64,000 nt of DNA from Macrostomum lignano (lineage: Eukaryota): NCBI GenBank assembly GCA_002269645.1, contig NIVC01003617.1, positions 1 through 64,000 on the forward strand, in the 5' to 3' direction. Positions 38,736 through 49,337 of this stretch are shown here, one piece after another. The translations under genes and the position numbers were made by a program. How positions within the stretch are numbered: position 1 is the first letter of the stretch; every line of letters begins with the position of its first letter. The notes beneath the pieces were generated by a model. It worked only from the letters and a program-made list of their open reading frames with translations, searched no databases and was not told the DNA's origin.

Positions 38736-39650
38736 GTCAAGTGTTGTCAAGTCGCTGAAGAATCCCAGAATTTATGACTTTATGTGCTCAGCTCCAATTT
38801 TGTTGTCCAGCACAGAAAACACTTATAAACTTCAAGTAATTTACAGGCCAGTAATCTCAGTTGTAGGTATGCAGATATTTCTCTTCCCGACACAGCCGAT
38901 CAATAGTGCTACCTTCATAAAGCGAAGTTAATTACGTAAAAATACCCACAGGGAAGTCAAGTCATAAGCTAACATTGGAGCGAAATTCATTGCTTTCACA
39001 GATTGATTCAATTCAGGGAGTGGCGACAATAAACAGTTCCCAGCCTTCTTGCATTGCCACTCAGTTGAGATGTAGCAGGCAATTAACAAATTGCAAGGCT
39101 GGTCTGCTCCCAGATTTCTGCTTAGATCCTATATGCCAAAACTGGTTTGTTTATTCCTGGAAATGTTTCATTTGGCACCGTATATGAAAATGTAGATTTA
39201 CGTGCAACCGATAAAAGATTTAATTTTAATTCAATCAAATTTCAGTCACTTTCCAATCTTTTTCCCATCCTTTTCCCGTCTTTTTCATCCTTTCCCCAAA
39301 TTTTTCCCCGCCTTTTCCCATTCTTTCCCCATCTTATTACCATTCGAATGACTCTTATTTTATTTTACTAATTTTAGCGTTTGCATTAAGCTCTGCCGGC
39401 TTCTTAAGATTTCATTATAAATATAATTCTTTCAAACAACTCATTCGGCGAAAAGCAATAGTCTATGGCCAACAAATTTATGATCATCAATAAACCCGTT
39501 GGGATATCGAAGATGAAAATTATTCAGCATTTGAGCACCCAAATCGTTTGGGCAGCAACTAAAAATTTGTCGAATCCTGTTGCGGTAACGCCTAAAAGCA
39601 AATCGTGAGATCGGTTAAATAATTGTCCAAGTCAACAGTACCGACTCAAA

Positions 39651-42152
39651 ATGGCGTCGGCAAGCACCTGCGGCAGGCAGCATGCTCCAATGGGCACGCC
39701 AACCAGCGATGGATTCGAACCCAAGCAGCCTGACTTAGAGAAGAAAAAGGTTGTCATCGACTACTCACCTGGTCCGGATTCCATTAGCAAAGTGATGCGG
39801 AAGCGAACCCTGTCGATGATGGAACTCCTAGGTGACAATTTTGACGGCAAAGAAGCTCGGCCTACGGATTTTCCTAAGTTTTCTGCATCCAGCAGAGGAT
39901 TTTCAATTGAAAAGCACTCATGCAAACCGCCTGTAGCATCGAAACCTGATATTAACTGTGAGGCTAAGCAGGTGGAAGATCGCAAAAGTGCAAAAAGATC
40001 GCAGTGCGGCATGCGCCAGGAAGATGACGTCCAACCGGATCAGCAGTTTTCCATACAGCAGTCCGACCACCGATGCCGCAGAGTGGCGCCCGGACAAGAA
40101 TGCAAGCCTAAGCCAAAGACGAAGCCTTGCACATTTCCGCAACTATCGTTAGCACTGTTCCCAATGCCTATGCCTATGGACGATATGCAACAAGTTCGAC
40201 AACCAAAAAGTGGTAAGCGAGCAGATCAAACCACCAGACACAGTGCTTCCACACGGTTCCCACAATTTGAGGATAGCAAAGGTAAGAAGAAACTTCGGGT
40301 TTCCTTCGCTCAAGAAGCTGAAGAAGACATCACAGCAATGTACACGCGATGTGATCCGAAATGGCAGGAGAGACTAGCCAACGAAACAGCCAAAAAGGGG
40401 CGAAAAACAGCTGCAAAAGAAAACCAAAGCCGAGAACAGATCAATCCAGACATTGGTAAGATGCCAAACTACACTGAGCAGTCGGGGAAACACCAGACGG
40501 TGCAACAAAAGCAGCCGAGTGTCAAAATTCAGCAGGAAACAAAGCGTAACATCACGGAAACGCAACTGAATGAGCTCCAAAGGTGCGTAGGCATGTATGA
40601 TGATGGCAACTATCCTCAGGAAACAAACGCTGAACCAGAACTACCGGAAGCACCCCAGTATAGAACTCCAAAAAAATACCGCGGTTCATGCTGGGACATG
40701 TACCAGCAAGAAAGTCCGGGAGGCAGCAAGGAAAGTGAGCAAATGGAGCAGCTGCAATGTACAGAAAGTTCTCTGGGCGATGAGAAGCAGCAAAGTGGAA
40801 GCGAGACGCTTCAGGATGCTGAACGACTGCATCAGTGTAGCGGCAAAATTTACAGCGAATATAATCGTGTAGAATTTGAGGCAAATAGGGATGAAGAAGA
40901 CGAAGACGACACCGAGTCCAGAAAGCCTATAGGGAACGAAAATTTCGAAAAACAAGCAACCGATAAACAAAGACCTCGCTCAAGTGTTCTAGCAGAACTT
41001 GAAGTTAGTCGAATGGAACCAATCCCTATCCAGCAAACAAAGCGCGTTAGTCAGGACTACACGCTTCAAATTGGTGTAAGAAATTCCACTACAGGAGAGA
41101 GTTTTGCAGAAAACCAGCAAAGCACGACAAGAGACCAAGCTGTCGACAAGACACGTATTCAAGCCAGTCCAGAAGACCAACAGCAGCGAGTTCGGAGATG
41201 TAATTCTCAACATAGACCACAAGCACTGGCAAATCAAAAGTCAGTTCAACGACAGAGTCGCGCTGAAAAGCCACCTTGCATTGGCTTCCAACGGACTGGA
41301 GGAGTAAATCAGCATCGGCGCAGCGAGAGCGAACCGAGTATGCAGCGAGACCGTCGGATTTCTCCGTCCGGTCAGCGGCCTGAACGAAGTGACGCACTCA
41401 GACAAAATACCTGGAAACGTGACGACAACAAAGTCGACCCGCCGCCTCAAATAGTAACCAAGTGCTTGGAGCAAACGGTGCAGCAACGACCAAAAGAATC
41501 GACAGATATTTCAGATGCATGCAATGAAGCTCTTCGACAAGACTCCGAGCGCAAAAGAAGGCGAGAGCAAGCTGAAAGAGCCCAGGAGATCGCTTTACTA
41601 GAAGCTCTAAAGCCGAAGCGCAAAGCTGCCCCGGAGCAAAACCAGCCAGCAACGACCTGCCCCAAGGTTGAATGCCATTGCTCGCTGCACTCGGAGCAGA
41701 CCTGTAAAGGACCAGCTAAGAAGCGGCCAGTGGCCAAGCCAATAGCAGATTCTGACTGCAATAAACAAACAAAAGAGAGCACTAGCGACAGAATCAATCC
41801 GGAATCCGCCTGCTCAGAGGACGCAGGCAAAGTGGAATGGGTTCGAGAGGGCCACCTCCTCGTGAAGCTCAACAACGGCAAGCCGAGCGGTGCAAAGGTT
41901 GTGAGCAAAGGTAGCCTCTCCGACGACATATACAGTAGCGGCGATCAGCCGGTAAAGGCGGAGTCCAGTGAGGCAACGACGCCGGAACAGAAAACGCTAG
42001 AAGAAGAGACAATGGAAGATTCATCAATGGTGGAGACTGTTCCTCAGCCTCCTCGAAACGATTTGCTGTGGGGCGCCGGCGAGGGCGAAAATACATTAGA
42101 GACCACTGATGATGACCCAGTCGCGGGATCTAAAAAGAAGTGCTGCTGCTGA
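39651..42152 (+). CDS. Intronless 833-aa hydrophilic, probably disordered protein of unknown family; RVxF motif (KKLRVSF), C-terminal KKKCCC
   Basis: 2.5-kb uninterrupted non-repetitive ORF, good start context (caaaATGG), candidate ATTAAA poly(A) signal at ~42403. No recognisable folded domain. Confidence 0.8.
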   Translation: MASASTCGRQHAPMGTPTSDGFEPKQPDLEKKKVVIDYSPGPDSISKVMRKRTLSMMELLGDNFDGKEARPTDFPKFSASSRGFSIEKHSCKPPVASKPDINCEAKQVEDRKSAKRSQCGMRQEDDVQPDQQFSIQQSDHRCRRVAPGQECKPKPKTKPCTFPQLSLALFPMPMPMDDMQQVRQPKSGKRADQTTRHSASTRFPQFEDSKGKKKLRVSFAQEAEEDITAMYTRCDPKWQERLANETAKKGRKTAAKENQSREQINPDIGKMPNYTEQSGKHQTVQQKQPSVKIQQETKRNITETQLNELQRCVGMYDDGNYPQETNAEPELPEAPQYRTPKKYRGSCWDMYQQESPGGSKESEQMEQLQCTESSLGDEKQQSGSETLQDAERLHQCSGKIYSEYNRVEFEANRDEEDEDDTESRKPIGNENFEKQATDKQRPRSSVLAELEVSRMEPIPIQQTKRVSQDYTLQIGVRNSTTGESFAENQQSTTRDQAVDKTRIQASPEDQQQRVRRCNSQHRPQALANQKSVQRQSRAEKPPCIGFQRTGGVNQHRRSESEPSMQRDRRISPSGQRPERSDALRQNTWKRDDNKVDPPPQIVTKCLEQTVQQRPKESTDISDACNEALRQDSERKRRREQAERAQEIALLEALKPKRKAAPEQNQPATTCPKVECHCSLHSEQTCKGPAKKRPVAKPIADSDCNKQTKESTSDRINPESACSEDAGKVEWVREGHLLVKLNNGKPSGAKVVSKGSLSDDIYSSGDQPVKAESSEATTPEQKTLEEETMEDSSMVETVPQPPRNDLLWGAGEGENTLETTDDDPVAGSKKKCCC

Positions 42153-43967
42153 TTTACTGCTCACCGTTTTGTTTCCCATTCGGGCAAAATGCATATAAGC
42201 CTTGCAAATTTAATTTCTCAACAGCGTTAAAACCTTTTTCCCCCGACATGGCGTCAAACTGCTACTGAAATGCAATTTATCTCCTGTGACATTTAATGCT
42301 TGCGAAGCATTTGGTCACGATAGAAATTTTCTTTTTGCAAAACTGTCTATTGATTTTGTTTTTTTCTCTGGGAAACAAGAAATTGTTTTAAGTGTTGCAC
42401 TTATTAAAAGGAGCCGCGAAATCACGCCAGACTTTCGTGATTAGTCCAGATGGGACCATATAATCAATCTAGTCACGAGATAAAAGATCGCAACTCATTA
42501 ATCTTTCCCTTTTCATAGGGCGAGGGCTTAGGAGTAGTTGGGTGGAAAAATCTAGGTACGGTCAAAACTCACGACTTGAAAGCGTGATCCGGCCTGAAGG
42601 CAGGAGGGAAAGAAGCAATCATTTTTTCATGAATTTCGTAAATCAGTCAGGCCCTGCTAAGGCTTTTCCCGAAAGCAGAAAATTGCAGGCATGTTTGCGT
42701 TAGCCGCTAATATTAGCAAGGAAAAGATAAATTACATGATGCGGGAAGCTGAGACCCTGCAGACCCGGGATGAGGAGCAATTACTTGCGCGGGCTACCCT
42801 GCAAAATGATTTGATAGAGGAGCCCCGGCAAAGCAGCGGGGATATGGATGCATATTCAAAGAGGTTGTAAATCAAAATTTTGTAAATGGTACAATTAAAT
42901 CGACGATAATTTTTTGTTTTACTATACTGAATATAATTTTGAAAACATACTTTCTGGTCTGATGAAACCTGAACTGAAGGGCTGTATAAAATCGATGAAA
43001 CGGAGAATCAGCTCCTAAAATCTACGAGCGTACCACTCAACGTTGCTGTGCTAGCTTGCCCGTTATTTTCGAATATTTGGCTTCTTCTACCAGTCATTAG
43101 TCATTTGCTGCCCCGCTGACCGAATCTCTCAATCTGACTATATCCGACGAATCTTCTCCTGCTCTCAAGGTGCCTTTCGCCAGGCAAAGAGAGTAGAGAA
43201 AGTGATCTATAAAAACAATTATATTCTTCTTTTATTAGCCGGCACAACTCTCCAGTTGCATTCCCCTTTCTCAGCGCATTCTCAAAACGGAGTATGAGAA
43301 AACCAATCGATCTGAAGTCTCTTGGTTCCAGTCACAGTGCTTGAGTGCAATTCCATTGTCTATTTCAGTGGTAAATTTAGAACAGTTTCACTAGGAGAGA
43401 TGGCAGATTAAAAAAACCATTCATACATATTTGATACGGTGCTGAAAAGTACAAAACGGATGAAGCCGCTTCGCAGTGATTCGATTTTTCGGTGCATAGG
43501 TTGAGCCTATTGACAAACATCATACAGTCAAGCAGATACATTTATACATAGAATTAACCTACAGTTAGATATACCTTTAAATTATTATATGCACTTATAA
43601 TTGGCTAGTACAGTAACATTCAAAGCCCCACTCAATTATAGGTTTGGTTGCACCAAGGCAATGCAAATTGGTTTCATGATTTAACACGCTTTGAAACAAG
43701 ATGAAACACGTTTTGAGAGAAAGAAAAAGAAAATTAGCAAAAAGTCATCTACTATTAATTATGGAACACCTGCTGACCAATGCTGACCACTGCAAACAGG
43801 TAACACAAAGAAAGCAAGATAAATTGCATTGCCAGGTAGGTATCGATTTTTGATTCAACGGGATGCAATTTTGAAGGAGGGGCCATGACTGACAGAGGTG
43901 ACGCTGGGCTTTCATGACAACCAGACGGGACGCTCCTTAGCTACAATTCTTGACTTGATTAGCCCAG

Positions 43968-44280
43968 TTATTGTCTCTTGACTGCCGTGAGAATCGCGGG
44001 CGCCGCCTCTTCCTCGTCGATGCTATCCTTTGCGGAGCACCGACTCAACTTCAATGGCGCGCGCTTCTGCTTCGGCTGCTGATGTCGAAGGCCACGCTCG
44101 CTCTCGTGCCGGCGCAGCAGTCCGCAGGCCGGTGGCTTCAGGAACTGGTTGAACAGGGCGCTACTTCTCTCGTCAATGCTGTAGTCGCGACGTAGCCGGT
44201 GGCGGCGGGCCTCAGACGAGGCTGCGGATCCGCTGCCGCCGCTACCGGATAGGGAGGCTGCTGACGCGGAGACTTGGGAT
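43968..44280 (-). CDS. CBARP: CBARP/BARP-like gene, last coding exon (...RRDYSIDERSSALFNQFLK...KDSIDEEE...KRQ*)
   Basis: Acceptor ccctgcag| at 44281-44282, stop TAA at 43970-43968. The motif matches my recollection of human CBARP RDYSIDEKTDALFHEFL. In frame with the preceding exon. Confidence 0.8.
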
Positions 44281-45546
44281 CTGCAGGGTTTGAGATCGAG
44301 GCTAAGCGATGAGGACGAGATTAGGGTATCCGCGGATGTTGTAGATTAAAGCATCAGTACTTTATGCTAGTAGCTTGAAAGGTCCGCACAGCGGAGTTGA
44401 GCTGTCTCATGGAGCTATTAGCTTTGAACGCTGTTTGGAGGAACTATAAATGCTTCAGATGTGAAAAAATAAATCCAGATAACTTCGAGCAGAGTTATAT
44501 TAGGATACATTTCTGTACAGTGTTAACAAGGGGAGGCTCCCACAATTAATCCAGATTCGATTCTGTTCGGAGACTCATCGATTTGCTACTGTGTTGTAAT
44601 AATTAACATTACACGCTCGTAACAGGTGAATGGCGTGTGCGATTCACGCCAATGACAGCCAACGCCATAGGCGCAGACATGCCTGACGATGAGAAAATAC
44701 ATGCTGTTTGTTTGCCTGCTTACGTGTCCGCGTGCGTGCCTAAGGCGGGTCAGTGGACCAGCGAACTGCTTTCCACCTCTCTGGCAACCTGACAGTGCTC
44801 AAAACTGATAAACTAATACTAATATACGAGATACATGCAGCTGCAGCGTTAGCAAGTGGGTCTTCAAAATTTTGTTTGATAAAATCGATTGCTGCGTCCT
44901 GATACAACGATAGCTTCTCGGGAGTACCGTAGTGTTTGGGTTGTCTCCGTGCGAAATAGCTATTCAAACGGATGATGCTTTGGCGTAAAATTAATGGGTT
45001 GTAACTACAAATTCAAGCGCTTTTTGTGCTAAACTTTGAAGTACGCTCGTAAGTTAACCAGACTCATAAGAGCATCTATTTAGACGAGAGCTTCAACGCG
45101 CAGGGTCAGCTGCTGAAGATCGAGCTCAGGAGAGCGAATCATGATCAAGAACAGTTTATCATGCTGTTGGGCAGCCATCATAGGTGAAGATTGAACAATT
45201 CCAAGTGCATATAATAGTGGACACTTGTCACTATCATATACCATTATAGAGCATTACAAAAGTTTCTGTAAGGAATAAGGTAGTGAAAGTTTTTTTTTAA
45301 AAACGCTTGAAACTTTTGTTACCATTAACCGTAGTTCCCTAAGAAAAGACCCCAAGTGGGTGACGTACAGTGGCAAAGCTGTAACGCTGTAACCCTCTAA
45401 TTAAATTTTACATCTCCTGTAAACTGACTAAGCTGTTAATGAAACGCTCGGTACCTTCTCTATTTGTACAAGTTTATTACGCCTTATTTCGCCTGGCCTC
45501 GTTTAATCCAGGGCAAGTACGAGCTCGAAAAAGATTTGTTACGCAC

Positions 45547-46065
45547 CTGAGAAACCTAGCAACCAGGGGATTCTCGTGGCAGCCGTAGAAGACGCCACTA
45601 AAGCTTTCTTCCGGACCAAATGCTTCATCGCTTCCGTCGCCTTCGCAGGTTTCGTCCTCGAAGACGCCGTCGCCATCGGTCGCCGACGCTTGAAGACAAC
45701 TGCGACGCTCAACACTGCGGTAGCCGGAATCCCGCTGCAGCAGGCGGAGCTGGCCACGCTTCGCTGAAGAGACGCAGTCACTGACGTCCTCTGCTATCTC
45801 GATGCTGTCCTTACTGTCCTCGGCTTCATCCTCATCGTCGTCGAGCTCGTCCTCGAAGCTGGAGCGCAGTCGCCAGAGGTCGCGCAGCTCGACTATAGTC
45901 AGCCTCGCCTTGTCGGAGTTGTCGCTGGTGTTAATGACGATCTCAGTCAGTGAATTCGGTGTCGCTTTGTTGCCTTGTTGGGCTGTCACTTCCGGGGGAT
46001 TTTTTGGTCTGGTGGTTTCCGGTGTGGGTACGTGTGCTTCGTGTGAGGCCTGGGTTTGACCCCAT
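45547..46065 (-). CDS. CBARP: CBARP/BARP-like gene, 519-bp exon (LRDLWRLRSSFE; RLLQRDSGYRSVE)
   Basis: Acceptor ccgcag|, donor ag|gtgcgt. Motifs parallel human CBARP YRDLWSLRASLE and RLLQMDSGYASIE (recalled, not searched). Confidence 0.82.
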
Positions 46066-46173
46066 CTGCGGAGGGCAGATTTTTATCAACTGTAATACGA
46101 GCTAAACGCTTGCAATTACAAAAAGTGGCAAGCGGAACAAGGCCATAAGATAAATTGTGCAGAACTCACTCAC

Positions 46174-46246
46174 TTCTTTGTGAAATTAATTTTGTGCTGG
46201 CAGACGGGCGCTTGCGGTAAAGTTGATACAGTAATAACAGCGGAGG
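46174..46246 (-). CDS. CBARP: CBARP-like gene, 73-bp exon (SAVITVSTLPQAPVCQHKINFTK)
   Basis: Acceptor catttcag|, donor |gtgagt; phases join the neighbouring exons without stops. Confidence 0.7.
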
Positions 46247-46997
46247 CTGAAATGGATGAAAAATTAATATGAATAGGTAGGTATGCTTTTGTCATGACAT
46301 TTTCTAGAGTTAAGCCTTACTTGGTTGAAAACTTAAAAAGATTGTAAAAATCGATTCAACACGTAATCGGCTGGCCCTTTTTGGTTAGTCGTATGGTTGG
46401 TTATGTAATAAAAATACCCTACAAGGTCATATTCATAGGGAAAGGTTTGCGGTAATGACAATAAAACTTATTGGGTAGTAGAGGAAAGCAGAATTATTTT
46501 AGAATTCGCTGGAATCAGCTACAGACAGCAAGCATGAGTGGAAGTGCACGCACATTTATTCGCCGCTGACTCAATTACATTCGACAGCTCGACTAGACTA
46601 AATAACCAAGATAGATTATCCCGTGACGAGATCAGACGGCATATTCCATTCCCGCAGTCAGACAGCACCATAATTGCACCCGACAGCCGAAATGGTAAAT
46701 CGCTATATTTTAGCAAGGGGGAAATTTCAAACTGCAAATACCGGTTCCGCACTAGCGATTTTTCGAACTACTATCGGATCCAGGAGACGAATTATTCAAA
46801 TGATCTGGGACCGTATAAATCGAACTGAATTTTTCATCTGATTTCCAATTCCAGCCACTGTATAAGCTCTCTAATAAATGAAAATAGTCCTAAATACACC
46901 ATAAAAATGAAATGTCATTAAAATTGAATCGGTTTCAAAATGTAGCTTTTTGTAGACGGCTCACTAAACACCCCCTGTGTAGATCAGATGTAACTAT

Positions 46998-47190
46998 GGG
47001 CCGTATGCAGAAAGCTCTGTCTAGGGTAGTCTGGTCTTGAAAAGCTAGTCTAGACTTGGATTTGGTATGCAGAAACGCAAAGTTAGACCGGTCTTCTATA
47101 GCAGAACTAGGCTAGCTAGACCATAGACCATAGACTGAACTACCCAAGCCCGGACTAGCTAGTCTGGACTAGGCTTTCTGCATACGGCCC
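46998..47190. mobile_element. 193-bp MITE (PIF/Harbinger- or MULE-like) in a CBARP intron
   Basis: Perfect 18-bp TIRs GGGCCGTATGCAGAAAGC / GCTTTCTGCATACGGCCC, with TAT on both flanks. Confidence 0.8.
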
Positions 47191-48099
47191 TATGTAACTA
47201 CCGCTCTATTGTAACGGACGCTACTGGTGCTACAAGCGTACGCATTTGACAATTAAAGAATACCAACGACAAGACCGGGTACAAGTACTTTCAAAATTAT
47301 GCAGCTGATAACTACCTTAACGATTGTGCTTTTGTGCGCCTCGGAAAACTCTAATTGCGACTAAGAAGCGCTAGCTTTTAAAGCGTCTCAACAACGCGGC
47401 ACTTAAGTATGTACTAACTATAACAAAAAGGACATCCGTGTTAACTTAGATTCTGAGTGTTTTGCCTCAGGAAGCCGATCAAGGCTAAAAAATCAGGCAA
47501 GGATAAAAGCTGCTCTAGCTATAGTTAAAGAGGCTGGTTTGCCCAGCAAAAGCAGTTATTGTTTATGCCAAGAAAAGCGTGGAAAGAACTTTGCATTTGC
47601 CTCTACGTGTGTATGCGGGTACATTGACGGAAAATAGCCAGTAACAACACTGAAAATACGTAACGCTGGGTGTTCTAAATGGATCGATCTGCGATGGCGT
47701 TTCTATACTTTTAATTGTTCGAATGACGCAGTACAGAGAGTCAACAAACAGCACCATATACGAGTGTAGCTTCACTATACCACTTGAATGAATGTATCGA
47801 TCACGATGGTCTCTGCATTACTCTATCAGTCTCTCTTTCATTGCACTCCGCAATTATTTGCGGACTATTGTGATGACTCTCGATCTGGAAGGTGAAATCA
47901 ACGATCAACCAAAATAAGCAAAACTTTATTGGGATGAAAGCCACAAAATATTCGGTATTGCCTGGCGCAAACTGTTAAATCGAAGCTGTTTCAAAGCAGC
48001 TTACGAGCAAGTAGATTCTGTTTGCATTCACCGATTGACACATTTACGAGTATGCCAATTACATTCTCGGAAAAATGTACTTCAAGTCACTGAGTGGGG

Positions 48100-48950
48100 C
48101 TCATTTTTCACACACCGAATCTATTGTTTTAGAAATTCTCAACATAATTCCAGTCAAATTCCCATTAATCCTCCGGTAGAATCACGCATCGAAGCACTCC
48201 CTAAGGATTGTTTTTTTCCCAATCGGTGCAGCTCATTCCGCAGAGCATCGACAAGCTCCTCCTTTTTAAAGTCAAAGATCCTCCGCTTAAATTTCTCCTT
48301 CATTCTGAAGAATAGAAGGAAACAGAAAAGCGCCAGGTCAAGGGCAGCAGAGCATGGTGACTGTTGAAACGCCTATTTTATTCTTTGACTTTGAGAGCTA
48401 GAGAGCCCATCAGCAGCTCCAGAAACAACTGTGGTAAGCACACCGTACTGTACCATTCAGCCGGCACAGTCGCCACCTGATTGAGCACAACGGGCAAAAG
48501 GAAAGTTTGCCAATGTTTGAAGCATCCTTTGCGAAACTTGATTGAAGCATCCTCGGCATCGCTGACCCATTGACGGCTCTGCTGTTTAGCCTCAGGGTCA
48601 TAGTAGTACCCAAGTTTCGCCACCTGTGGAAATTTAATCCACCAAGTTCGATTGCCCTCCATTGAACTTGGCAAGCATGAACTGGGCGAACTCGAAATTC
48701 ACTCTGCATTTGGCTGATGTAGCACCCAGCTAAGATTTTTGTGTAGGATCTTAATAACTGTTGAGTCCTACACCCCAAAAAGGTGCTATAGTCAAAGAAT
48801 TTCCATACGCTGATCTATGCCCTGTACTTTCCGCACAGCTTTAGCCACTACGGTGCATCATAACGTTAGGACGATTGCGGAGAATTCAACTTGATGGCTT
48901 TGGTTGAAATTTGATCAATGCCACACAATGCGACAAAGACTATCGCACAT
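48100..48950 (-). pseudogene. Decayed mariner (Tc1/mariner) transposase in a CBARP intron
   Basis: Frameshifted motifs: ILHKNL..WVLH, TGGETW (TGDETW), YYDPEAKQQSRQW, AEWYSTVCLPQ, DLALFCFLLFFRMKEK (cf. SPDLAPCDFFLFPRMKEK). Confidence 0.88.
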
Positions 48951-49158
48951 AATACTAGCATATAATTAAATCTTTAGAAATGCAAGAACTTTATTTGGAT
49001 CGAAAATTTGATTCCATAATTAGTGCCCATAGCCCTGAGGCAGCCATCGTCTTGAAACTGAAGACATGCAACGCTTGAAAGTTCATTTAGATAAAAGTAC
49101 ACCGCACGCATGCAGTGCTGCAGCAGACAGCACCTGAAATCTATCTGCACAGACTTAC

Positions 49159-49337
49159 CATAGGCCTCTTGTTGATTGCTGAATGATTCGAACAGAGTCG
49201 AATTGCCGACGCCACCGACCAGGTCTACTGCACTCGGCGGCTCGCGCTGCGGGCCCTGCAGCTCGGCCTCTTCGGCTTTCCTCTCCTCTCTCGGACTGTC
49301 CGTCAGGCCGCACTCCTCTTCTTCAATAAGCGATTGG
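49159..49337 (-). CDS. CBARP: CBARP-like gene, 179-bp exon (QSLIEEEECG...QQEAY)
   Basis: Acceptor ttttcccag|, donor |gtaagt, open frame; phase fits the 46174-46246 exon. Confidence 0.72.

Noticed and set aside
37253-38931. His/Thr/Arg-rich repeat proteins (MARSQTQHTRWLAHR...)
   Set aside because: All three frames are open because the 29-bp unit lacks stops; this is a by-product of the minisatellite.
48150-48305. Extra CBARP exon (MKEKFKRRIFDF...) after a good-looking ttcttcag acceptor
   Set aside because: Phase-incompatible with the upstream exon and it matches the mariner transposase C-terminus.
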